From Camelus ferus (Eukaryota), in assembly GCF_009834535.1 (NCBI RefSeq), contig NC_045696.1, forward strand, positions 14,696,001 to 14,760,000: DNA of 64,000 nt, written 5' to 3'. Within the stretch, counting starts at the first letter, position 1. Every line of letters begins with the position of its first letter. The position numbers were made by a program, and so were the translations under genes. Below, piece after piece: positions 12,564 to 24,210 of the stretch. The notes under the pieces are model-generated. The model was given only the letters and a program-made list of their open reading frames with translations. It did not search any database and had not been told where the DNA came from.

Positions 12564-13199
12564 GGAATTTTCCAAATCTCCTTCATCATTAGTTTGTATT
12601 TTTATTCCACTGTGGTCAAAGAATATACTTTGTTTGATTTCAATCCCTTATATTTATTGAGTCTTGTTTTATGACCTAATATATAATTTATGAGAGAGAA
12701 CGTTCCAGGTGTACATGAGAAGGATGTGTATTTGGCTATTTTGGGGCATAGTTATTGTGTCTTTCAGTTCTAGCTGGTTTTTAGTGTTGATCCTTGTTAA
12801 TCTTTTGTCTTGTTATTCTAACCATGATTAAAAATAGGGGTATTGAAATCTCCAACTACTGTTGAATTGTCTATTTTCCTTTTCAGTTCTGTCCAATTTT
12901 GTTTCATATATTTTAAATCTCTGTCAGGTGCATAATACATTTATAATCATATGTCTTGCTAATGGATTGACCAACCCTCTTATCCTTTTAAAATGTCTGT
13001 CTCTAGTAACAATTTTTGTATTAAAATCTATTAGTCTACATTAGTATAGTCACTCCAGCTCTCTTGGTTACTGTTTACATGGTATATTTACTTCCATTCT
13101 TTTAATTTCAACCTATTTGTGTCTTTGAATATAAAACATGTCTCTTTTAGACAGCATATAGTTGAATCATGTTTATATTTGTTCTTGTAATTTCTTATT

Positions 13200-14795
13200 T
13201 TCTTTTGTTTACAGAATATTTTTTATTAAATGTAAATCTGATTTTATTGTTTTCCTATATAAATTAACCAGGATAAACGTTATTTCTAAAAATTTTCGTC
13301 ACCAAAATAGAAATTTTCAACTCAAACAGAAACTTATTAAGCAATCATTCTTGTTCCCCTCTTCCTTTAGTCTTTGATAATCTCTAACGTACTTGCTGTC
13401 TCTATGAATTTGCCTATCCTAGGTAATTCATGTAAGTGGAATTACACAATATTTTTCCATTTGTGTCTGGCTCATTTCACTTAGCATGTTTTCAAGGTTC
13501 ATCCATGTTGTAGTATATATCAGAATTATATTCATTTTTGTGGCTGAATAACTGTATCGATATACCACATTGTGTTTATCCACTTATCTGTTGGTGGACA
13601 TTTGGTTTACTTCTACCTTTTGGCTACTATGGATAATCAACACTGGCATGCAAATATCTGTTTGAGCCTTTACTTTCAATTATTTTGGATGTATACCTAA
13701 GAGAGCAACTGCTGGGTCACATAGTTTAACAAGAGTTAAACCCCTATTAGACATATGACTTGCATATATTTCTCTTATTCTGTATATTGTTTTTTCACCT
13801 TCTGGATAAATCATGTCCTCTGATGCACAAAAATTTTAATTTTGATGAAGTCAAAATTATGTATCATACCTTTTGCTGCTCATACTTTTGGCATCATACC
13901 AAACAATACAATGCCAAATACAAGAACAGAAGAACTTACCCATCTAAGATTTTTCTGATTTTGATCTTATATTTAGGTCCTTAATCAATTTTGAATTAAT
14001 TTTTATATGGTGTGAGGCAGGGGCCCATTTTTGTTCTTTTGCATGTGGAAATCCAGTTGTCCCAGCACCATTTGTTGAAGAGACTACCCGTTCTCCATTG
14101 AATATACTTGGAACCCTTGTTGAAAATCAGTTGTCCAGAAATGTATGGGTTTATTTTGGTGCTATCAATTTTATTCCATTATTATTTCTAGACTCTCAGT
14201 CTCATTAAATATGAGTAATACTGGAATCATAACAATATTAAATCTTCCAGTCTATCCATTTATTTAGATTGTCTTTAACTCTTTTGGAATGTTTTGTAGC
14301 TTTTAGTATATAATTAGTTTACCTCTTGGGTTTAATTTATTCTTAGATGTTTTATTCTTTTAGATGATGTTGTGAATGGGACTGTTTATTAATTTCCTTT
14401 TGTATGTATATTCATAAGGGGTATTGGTTTGTAATTTCCTTTACTTATATGTTTCTATCTAGCTTCAGTATCAGGATAATGCTGGCCTTATATAATCACT
14501 TAGGAGGTGCTTCCCCCTCTTCTGTTTTTGGAATAAGCTGAGAAGGTTAGGTGTTAATTATTTTTTAAATGTTTAGTAGAATTCACCAGTGAGACCAACT
14601 GATCCTAGACTTTTCTTTGTTGAGAGATTTTTGACTGTCGGTTGAGGCTATGTAATTATTATAAGACAATTGAGATTTTCTATTTCTTATTGAGTTACAT
14701 TAGGTAATTTATGTGTTGCTAGAAATTTGCCCACTTTATCTAGGTTATCTAATTTTTTGACATACAATTGTCCATAATATTCTCTTCTAATTTTT
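13200..14795 (-). mobile_element. Second old L1 (L1MB-like 3' end and ORF2 pieces, internally deleted)
   Basis: 'tgtgtctggctcatttcacttagcatgttttcaaggttcatccatgttgtag', 'ccagttgtcccagcaccatttgttgaagagac' and 'gtagaattcaccagtga'. Confidence 0.9.
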
Positions 14796-17700
14796 CCTGT
14801 CGTTGAAGATATGTTTTAATTCATTTTAAAAAAGATTTTCCTATTTCTATTAACTCTCATGAAGAAATCATTCAATTTGTTTGTTAGTTTGTTTGTTTTA
14901 ATGTATTAGGCCCTATCCCTCATTCTTAACATTATCCTGTCTTGGGGGTTTTGGTGGGTGAATGCCATATGGAATGTCAAATTTTGGAATCTGATTTTGC
15001 AAAATTGTTAAAGTTTTGGCTGATAATAGACACTAGAGAAAATTATTGACAGAATTTTGGCTAGTGTAAGAAAATTTTATTCTTAGTGAAAGCATTCAAT
15101 AAATTTTCATCTTATACAGCAGTACGATTAGTGTTCATAAGCAGTATGATGACTGATGCCCATATGCTGGTGGCCAAAGATGAAATACAAAACTAAGGTC
15201 ATAGTTTAATTTCATCCACCATTCAGGGAATTATGAAAAACACAGGTGATCTGGGATAAATCTCTCTTAAAATCTGATAATTTGATTATTCATTTTAAGC
15301 CCCCCCCACTTTTTTCTCTCTCTCTCTCTCACACAAACACTACTAACCAGAGATTAGTGATTTAACACAATAAAATGTGTCCTTTTTTTTTTTTAAAGAT
15401 CTTTAACAAATTCCAGTGTAGAAAATTTCAACATAAGAGAACATTTGGATGAATAATTCTGTGATAAATGGTGTTAGACATTCAGAGGTATTGATCTTTG
15501 CCCAGCTAGAGAAATTGTTCAAATGTTTAACTCTGCCACCAGTAGAGTACCCTGTCATGTTCCTAAACTAACCAAATCCAAGGTGATCAGGAATTTTTCC
15601 ACTGGGTGGAAAACACTGACTGAATAATGACTCAGATTTTCTTCCAATCTTAAGTTTCTATCATTTAAAATAAGTCTGTGGTGTCTAGGGTTATGAGATC
15701 AAGTTGTGTTTCTTTGTCACTGGAAATCCCCACTTCAAACCTAAGAACAAGCTATTCAAAAGCTCTTACTGAGGCAACACACTTAATAGAAAAGCATGAC
15801 TTCATTTTGGCGTGATTTGTCTTCAAATCAGGTCAGTGATTTGGATGTGAATGAGTGGATTGTTCATGGGCACTGGATCAAATTAGACTTTCATTTATTT
15901 TTAGAAATTCATTAGACCAATTATGACAATCACAAAAGGATGTCTTATGACTGAGAAGTGCAAATTATAAGAACAGTAATATTCATTGTTAAGTGTGAGA
16001 TGAAAACGTCTGTGTAGCTTACTCATTAAAACCTGTTTCCTTTTATGGTAATGCCTTTTATATAATGCAGATTTCAGGTAAAAGCCACTGTACCAAAATG
16101 TAATTACTGAGTGTACAACAAGCTGGTAAATTCGAGTTGTTTGTAAAATAATTTCAGATCAGAATTTATAAAGGAAACTGAAAATACCAAGTTTTTCTTT
16201 TACCATTTTGTTCTCAGTTGTGGAAAACCACTAATTGGTTTTCATATATGTGGAAACAGAAACTAAAATTATTATGTACTTGAGATTTTTATGCCCACAT
16301 TTAAGCAATTCAGATAAAAATTCTTAATACATACCCTAGTTTAGGAAAAGAGGCAAAGACTTTGTAATCTGACTCATTTATGTCTGTTTCTACTGCTTTT
16401 TGACTTTTGGCAACTTCCTTAGATTCCTCAACCTGAATTTACTCACTGGTGAAGTAGAGACAACTGTCTTTAATTTTTAAGAATAAAACACCAATCAAGT
16501 GAAAAAAAAGATGTGTGTTGTATACCTATACCTGGCATATAATTGGTTCTATATAAACATTAGCTAATTTAATGTAATATCATATAATTAAGTATATATC
16601 TGTGAATGGATATTGAATTTATACTTTTTTTTTACAAACCTTTAGAAGCATCACAAAGCAAATGTACACTATTCATACAACTACTTTCCATTTGTCATAG
16701 TTAACTATTCCCTAATCACATAAATCTCTCCCTCCATACACAGCAAAAGATGTGCAAGGATTTCTAAAAACAAAAAATACTGACATTGAAAAGAGACTTC
16801 CCTAGACTTTATATTTTGTTGTAACTGACATCTTCCAGTTAGAGAGAAAATATTAACAGTTTTGCCAGACTGAAAAACAGCCTACTAACATATTCACAGT
16901 CCACACAAAAGGGTTTGGTGTTTAGAGAATTTTTTTATTTTTACGTTCAAATTAGCAACTAAAACTTCTTCATGCTCATCACAGCCAAATTACTGAGGCA
17001 ACCAGAAAAAGAAAGTTTTAAGTAGCATTAGTCTCCCTTAGCTATTATGTCAGGTTATGGAGACATTCTGAAACTTGTCTGTAGCTAAACCATTTGATAA
17101 AGAACAGGTTTTTTTTTTTTAATTATTATGTATTTTTTATTTGGTGATTTGAGTGAAAATGCCTATACGAAACAGCTCTTGCAGTACAATTATATTGCAT
17201 ATGTTTGACATGAGGAGTTCTCTTGTAACCTGAATACTGTGTTTGTAAAGTAACTTTTTTTTTGTTTTATCTTTAAGAAACAAAACCAGACAATCCTTAT
17301 GGGAATTGGAAGCCACTATTACTATATTAAGTTAAAGTTATCAAGTGATATTCTGAGTTTCTTACAAATACAGTTCTGGACTTAGGACCTTTAATTGTTT
17401 TAAAAACTGTTTCAGATTAACATTAGTATCTATATAAAATTGATGATGTCATGAGATAAGCTATAGAGTCAGATCAATGTGATCTCAAATCAGAGGTGTA
17501 ATTGCTATCAGCTTCCATTTCCTGGAACTGAATAAACTTATGGCTTTGCTGAGGATGATGATTGATAATAATCTTGATAGAGCTGTTAGTAGGTCACAGA
17601 TTAAAAAACAACAACAGAAACTGTGCTCCTTTTACAGCTGTAGGATGACTGTTCACTTTCCTTTTTCTCAGTTTGTTGTTCATGAATGAGTCAATTATAA

Positions 17701-18411
17701 CTGTCACTAAGATTTCCAAGACCTTTACAACTAACAAAGAAGCTGTGGTTTCCATTGATCATACCACTGGCTGGGCCTGTAAAAATGGAAAATTGTTAAC
17801 AAAACAAAACAAAACAAAACCTGCATGAGTAGCCAAGACAGTAACCAGAAAGCACATTTGTATGCAGATTTCTTAATTGGATTAACTTGACAAGAATGTA
17901 TCAAAACCGAAGTTACACTCTAATGAGGTATTCTTTATAGGAGTGGAATAATATCTTTAAACAAACAGACTCAGTGTCTGCTTAGGACCTTGTCTAATTA
18001 CCTGTAGCAAAACAAGGCAGGGTGGGAAAGCCCCAGAGATCAAAATCAACCTACACCCTGTAGAACAGAAAGCACTCTACCCTTTTGAAAATAAAAGCAT
18101 AGGATGCCAAAGTTTAGCAGAAGGTTGAATTACAGAGAAGTAAAAAACTCAAAGACAGTCAGAGAGCAGAGTACTCTAGGAAGAAGGTATTAGCCAGGAA
18201 TATAAGGCCACAGACAGAAAAAGGGTCCCTTCACAAACACCATTTGGCATTTGAGAAGAGAAATTAGGAACTGGGGTGTTCACTGCTTTATTAAAACAGG
18301 ACCTCAGACATAAGTCATAAGATTGAGGTCAAGGGCAAATTTACAAAATCGTATATTGTCTTTTATATCTTTGCTGATGAGAGAGGATCACACACTTTCT
18401 ATAATTTAGAC

Positions 18412-18600
18412 AAGGTGTCAGCAAATTATTTCTGTAAAGGGCCAGGTAGTAAATATTTTAGGCTTTGTGGGCCATACTGCCTTTATCACAACAGGCACTT
18501 GGTTAATGAACATTCTTGTCTGTGTTCCAATAATAATTTATTTACGAAAACAGGAGGGTGAACCAGATTTTGCTTGCAGGCCATAGTTTGCAGACCCCTG
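18412..18600 (+). mobile_element. MER58A-like hAT-Charlie MITE
   Basis: 'tctgtaaagggccaggtagtaaatattttaggctttgtgggcca...ggccatagtttgcagacccctg'; degenerate 8-bp TSD atttagac/acttagat. Confidence 0.9.
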
Positions 18601-18931
18601 ACTTAGATGCTAGAACAAAAACATCACCTGTCATATGACAACTTTGGTCTGTGCTAGTTAGGCTAGTGTGGCCAGCAGAATTCTGCACTGGATTTTGGAA
18701 CCAGAGGAAGTGAGTGCCGGGAGTAGTGAATTATCATACCACATTTCCTCTCTGGCCTCACCTCTTACTGCTCAACTCCTTGGTTGCTCTAATTGGCCAT
18801 GCTAGACTCTTGTTGCTCCAACATCCAGGAAAGCTATGATCTCAGAGTCTTTGATTTTGCTGTTACCTGCATCCCAAATACTCTTCTCCTGGATCCCTTC
18901 CCTTAAATATTTGTTCAAATATGCCCATCTT

Positions 18932-19150
18932 TGTCAGGGGTGTGTCAGGAAATAGATTTCAACTCAGGTGTTCAAATGAGGAGAACTTAGTCAATAACCT
19001 ACTCACATAGCTGTGGGGAGGATTAAAGAAACAGGCAAAAGATGACATGCTGAATCTAACAAGGGAGGATCGAGGGAAGAATCTCAGTGCTCTGAACTGA
19101 AACAGCAATGAAAGAGCCATAGAACTGGAGTGAGAATCAAGAGTGGGCAG
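18932..19150. mobile_element. Old ERVL-class LTR fragment
   Basis: 'tgtcagg..tcaggaaatagatttcaactca' start; similar in style to 33720-34170. Family uncertain. Confidence 0.4.
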
Positions 19151-19199
19151 ATACCGGTTTTCATTAAATTGATTTCCCTGATTTTGGGGGGGGGGTGGG

Positions 19200-19950
19200 A
19201 ATCATGTAGATGAACACAGTAGAAAGTGGGTGAATTGTTATCTGTATTCATCAGAGGACACCCACTAAGAGTATACTCTAAATACTTGAAAGACTAAGGT
19301 GATTGATTCAGCAAATGTCCACCCTACATGTACATAATAGGCTTAAGATGAAGGTGGCCATGGTGGCTGCTGGCAAGCCCAACAGCATGGACTCCTTCTC
19401 ACAAAGGCTGATACATCTTATACTGTGGCAGAGTATCCATTCTGTCATCATCAGAGACACTGGGGCCTCAATATGTCACTCTCTTGGGGAGGCTACCCAA
19501 CCCAACCACTTGGTTGCAAGTTGATTATTTTAGTTTTTTTCCAAAAAGGTCAGCAATTGGTCCTGAGCAGGACTCAGGTAAAAGTTTGTTTTTCTTGCTC
19601 ACAGTACATAGAATAATAACACTACCTGAGGGGTCACAGATCTACTGCCATGAGATTCTGTATTATATAAACTCAGGTAAAGGAACCTATTTTATGGTGA
19701 AGGAGGTATAACAATGAACATAAGCCATCGTATAGTAAATAGCACATTATCCAAAAAGAGGTGGCCTGAGAAAATGTAATAGTTTTTAGAAGTGAAGCTA
19801 AGCCCAATCTTGAAGGTAATATTCATGTGATTGAGGTCACTGTCCTTTGAGATGCAGAATGTACCTTCTTGACTCAGTGATCATTTAATTGATAAGAAAG
19901 ACCATATGAGTCTAGGAAACAAATGTAAAAGGAGTGTCCCTGTTTCTCTC
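19200..19950 (+). mobile_element. ERVL/MaLR internal pol remnant (integrase), degenerate
   Basis: ORF 19484-19711 has PTTWLQVDY (cf. ERVL PATWWQVDY) and INSGKGTYFMVKEV (cf. IASDQGTHFTAKEV). Frameshifted. Confidence 0.75.
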
Positions 19951-20271
19951 ACTCCCAGCACCCTGTGCATAGTCTTCAAGAGCTGGCCAAGGGACAATCC
20001 TGAAAACAGGCATTTTGGGGGAGCATGAAAGTGAACGTGAGCCCACGTCCGTTGAGTTACCTCTTTCTACGCAATTGTTTAGAAATAGTGGAGGCAAATG
20101 CCAGGTGAGTATTAAAAAAAAACAAAAACAAAAACAGAAAATGTGGAAGTGTTTGTTTCTATATGGAAAAATGGGAAGCTGTAAAGTGTTGAGGATGATA
20201 CTCCTGGTTTGGGTAGTAATTCTATGAGTGGCAAGGCCAGAAGGTGTTATGGTGTAAGCCGTACATAAATA

Positions 20272-20877
20272 TGTTGTGGGAAAACAGGTTCTTGCCTCAC
20301 GCAGGAAAGAATTCAAGAGCAAGTCATGGTAAAGTGAAGGTAGGTTTATTTAGAGAGATACATACTCCATGGACAGAGTGCAGTCTGTCTCCCTGAAAAG
20401 AGAAAACGGCTTAGGAGAGACACACTCCATGGGCAGAATGTGGGCCATCTCAGAAAGGTGAGAGGGAAAGAAGCCGAGAGATGTGGGGTGTTCAGTTTAA
20501 AGTAAAAGGAGATACACACTCCATAGACAGACTGCAGGCCGTCTCAGAAGGTGAGTGTGAGAGAGCAAGAGAGCGACCATGAGGTATGGGAGTTATTAGG
20601 TTTTATCAACTCTGTAATTTCATATGCTAATGGGCAGGAGGATTATTCCAACTACTTTGGGGAAGGGGCAAGGATTTCCAGGAAACGTCCCCCCACCCAC
20701 TTCTTAACCTTTTATGGTCAGCCTAGGAACTGTCATGGCACCTGTGGGTGTGTCATGAGGCTCAAGGTCTACTGGAAGTCGAATCTTCCGCCATCTTTGT
20801 TGTAACCAGTTTGTCCTTTCCTCAGTTGCTGTGCCATTCCTTCAGTGGTTGTGCCCTGACTCTTTCCTCCTACTTCA
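20272..20877 (-). mobile_element. MER41-like ERV1 solo LTR
   Basis: TG...CA termini with AAATA on both flanks (20267-20271, 20878-20882). The minus strand has 'cccacaggtgccatgacagtt', 'aataaacctaccttcacttta' and 'tgaattctttcctgcgtgaggcaagaacc', resembling MER41. Confidence 0.8.
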
Positions 20878-21319
20878 AAATACTCTTGTGTATTTCTCTA
20901 ATACATACTCTAAATTAAGCTATTACCTCTTATATATCCATAATTTAGGCTGATATATTTAAAATTACTTTCTTATAATAATTAAATTAAAACTAAGAAC
21001 TATTTATCATGGAAAATTATTTCAGGGTGTTTAACCCACTGGCAATTTTCTAGACATTTTCTAAACTCTTCCTTGATTTCACTTTCCTATGTGCACAATA
21101 TAATATATTTTGGAACATTAGAATCATATTTTAGCATGCATATCAACCTTTCTGAATATATTAAATAATTTGCTATTAATATTAATATTGGTTTTCCATG
21201 CTTTTTAAACAAAATTACTTAGATGTTTAATGTTATCAAAGGTAAGATGTAGAAACCTTTTTAGTCACTATGCAAGCCTTTGGAAAGAGTGTCAATGAGG
21301 CAAAAAATATACATATATG

Positions 21320-21783
21320 TGTGAAGAAAAAACCGGGCTGGTCTAACAAGATAACTCACAGGTCTAGGAATGTGAAGGAGAGGCTGGGCTGGGCTAACAA
21401 GATAACTCACAAGTCTAAGTATTGGAATACTGATCTGAGTTCTGCTGGACTAACTTGTAAATCTAAGTTAATTAGTGTTGGTTTGCTGTTTATGTTTTTT
21501 TGCTAGCCAGCTGGATTTTCAAAGATACATATCTGGCTTTGGAATGTTGGTTTGCTGCCTCCCCACCTCCACTTTTGTGATGATAATGCTGCTAAAGCTG
21601 TTCCATGCCTATTTGCCGAATACCCCAAGCTTGTACTTTACCCTGTAAAACCTCATGTGCACGTCTTGGAGGTGCTCAGAGCTTCGGAGCAGAAGCCCTC
21701 CGAGCCCGCTGGCATAATACATCTGAGTACTCCAACCCTCCGAGTGGTGCTTGTTTCTTGACTGGCCTGTCGTTTCCGTAACA
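21320..21783 (+). mobile_element. ERV1-type solo LTR with 4-bp TSD
   Basis: TGTGAAG...GTAACA termini; TATG at 21316-21319 and 21784-21787; internal 51-bp tandem duplication; CpG-rich 3' half. Confidence 0.85.
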
Positions 21784-23905
21784 TATGTGCCATTTTAAAT
21801 CTTTCCTTTAGCCACATACAGCATATAATCTGAGATTATCTCATGCTAACTGCTTGTCAATGTCAAGCATTTGCATCTGAAAAGATACTGGTTGCATTAT
21901 AAAGATAAAAGTAATGGAAATGTAGCTATGCAAATCACACTGTCAAAGAGAGAGTCTTTTCTGTCGTGATTTGTACCAACATATCCATTTCCTTTGCCAG
22001 CAAATCTTCTTTCACATTAGGCAATCAAATTTGCATTTGCCACAAAGGAGAGAAATACTTTTGATCTCTTAATGGTAAAGGATTCTGGTTTGTGATGGAG
22101 TAGAACTCTAATTGGACTCCAACAAAGGGTATTATAATACTTTGTTCATATCAGTTTTAAATGAAAAAAAGAAATAAAGAACTACTATTGTGGTTTGATG
22201 ACATACTTTTAGATTGTTTCTATAATTATCAATGGTTCTTTCACAGTACTTTATATAATTTATTTGATCTTCTTTAAGACTAAAAAGACCATGAAAAATA
22301 TGAGCCCTATTATTTTACTATTACTGTCTGTATATGAAGAAATGTGGCAGAAACTTTTAATAATAATATAAAGTATTTTATACTTGTGTTATGTATTACA
22401 GTAAACATCAAAAAAGAAACTAACACGACATTGTAAATCAATTGTTTCAATTAAAAAAAAATAAATAAAATAGATTTCTAGAATCAAATGTTTCTTGGAG
22501 AAAACATTTTTGTCCTAATTCAAAGGATAGAAGTAGTAATAAAAGAGACTCATCTAATTGCTGGAAAATGTTAATACTCAAACAAACATACTGAAAGGAG
22601 CCAATAGGCTTTTTAACGGAACAAGATTCCTAATATGCTACATAGTTTTGTGTCTTTATTAGTTATTTTATTTTTATTACTTTTAGAATTAATTTTCTCT
22701 TTCTCCTAGGTATGCACCTGGCATCTGAGCCCATGGGTGTAATAAGAATAAATATAAGCCTGAGGCAAAAATGGGCTCTGGGAACCTCCACAAATGCTGG
22801 CATGCCTTCATTTCTTAGGGAGGCTAATCGGCTGAAATGATTAAATAAGCCATTTTGAAGCAGAAAGAAATTCCTTGTTGGAATGTCGATGTAAAACTCT
22901 ATTACAGAAACAGCAAATATAATCCCAGTTTAATTCCAATGTACTATATCTCAGTTCCAAAATATTTTCTTCTTTCAAAAAAAAAAAAAAGTAAGCATTT
23001 TAGATATGTTACAGAAGTCAAATCTCTAATAACTGGTACATTTGTAATGCTTATGGTAGTAAAGAGTAGGGTTAGTTCCTTTTCTCTGTGTATGTTATGA
23101 TAATGAAATGATTTTTTAAAATTTTTGTTTATTAATAGAAGTGCAAGAAGCAATATAATGCAAATTCAGCAACACAGAGCTAAATCAAACTTGCATAAAA
23201 TAACAAAAACATTGCTGACTGATAATTATGTAATGGTTGAATATCAAGGGTCATTCTTTTTCTTGTTTCATGACTCTCTGAGAAGTTGTGTAATTAATCT
23301 TTAAAATTTTTAATACAAAATTTTATTTTATACCAGAAAATTAGATTATTTCCTGCTTGCAGGTCCTATAATTTTACTTCAATTTTAATCCAGGAGACTA
23401 AAATATGGCCCTTCATAGCAGATTAAGATTAATTAAATCAAATGCAGAATCTAAAAGTTGTTTCTTCCTTTTAGGGCTTGAGTAGGAATATAAATTTAAG
23501 AAATGCAAAATATGTTAAATAGTTGAAAATTGTCCTAGCCCAAACACCTGAAAGCTATCATTCGGTTTCTGCTGTGTTGTCTGCAAATTCATTCTCCTGA
23601 ATAACATGGCACCAGCACTTCTGAAACGTGAAGCCAAGAATTGCTAGTGTGCTGGGATTAAGTGTGCTTCCAAACCCAATAAAATCTCACTTGTAGATTT
23701 TCGCTCACCTGTCTATTTTAAAATATTGTGTTTATACGTATAAGAAAGCAAGATCTCTCAAGAACTATCTGCCATCTAGTCTAGTTTTTGTTCAATGTTA
23801 GTAGTTTTGGACTGACTTTGAGAGACACTGTATTTTTTAAATTGCCACCCATAACTGGCAAAATCACATAAATATCAGTATTTTATTGTCTAATGATTTA
23901 TTCCA

Positions 23906-24037
23906 TATTCTCTCTTCTGTCTTTTCTTTCTCCTTTGTTTCCTTACTCCTTTCTTCTCTTTCTTTGTCTTTCTTTCTCTGCCTTTCTTTCTTTCTTTCTT
24001 TCTTTCTTTCTCTCTCTCTCTCTCTCTCTCTCTTTCT

Positions 24038-24093
<56 letters not shown>

Positions 24094-24210
24094 TTCTTTC
24101 TTCCTTCCTTCCTTCCTTCCTTCCTTCCTTCCTTCCTTCCTTTCTTTCTTCCTTTCTTTCTTCCTTTCTTTCTCTCTCTCTCTTTCTTTTTTACTTTCTT
24201 TCCTTCTTTT
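23906..24210. repeat. Compound (TTTC)n/(TC)n/(TTCC)n microsatellite
   Basis: Directly visible; purine-free on the + strand from 23981 to 24192. Confidence 0.98.

Larger units (their letters stand above)
8915..13170 (-). mobile_element. Old L1 (L1M-type), 3'UTR through ORF2 RT to EN, interrupted by two LTRs
   Basis: Continuous antisense L1 similarity. ORF 11918-12184 (IGKYCEMNKNGNTTSQNF..KIVHRKIFIAVN) is the L1 ORF2p linker. Interrupted at 11312-11734 and 12228-12563. Confidence 0.9.

Noticed and set aside
19912..20322. 136-aa minus-strand ORF
   Set aside because: It starts inside an LTR and crosses a simple repeat, with no recognisable protein.
20352..21420. CRISPR-like spaced repeats
   Set aside because: Only 2-3 diverged copies inside LTRs, in mammalian DNA with no cas genes.
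20272..21783. Two nearby LTRs as the ends of one provirus
   Set aside because: Different sequences, opposite orientation and separate TSDs show independent solo LTRs.
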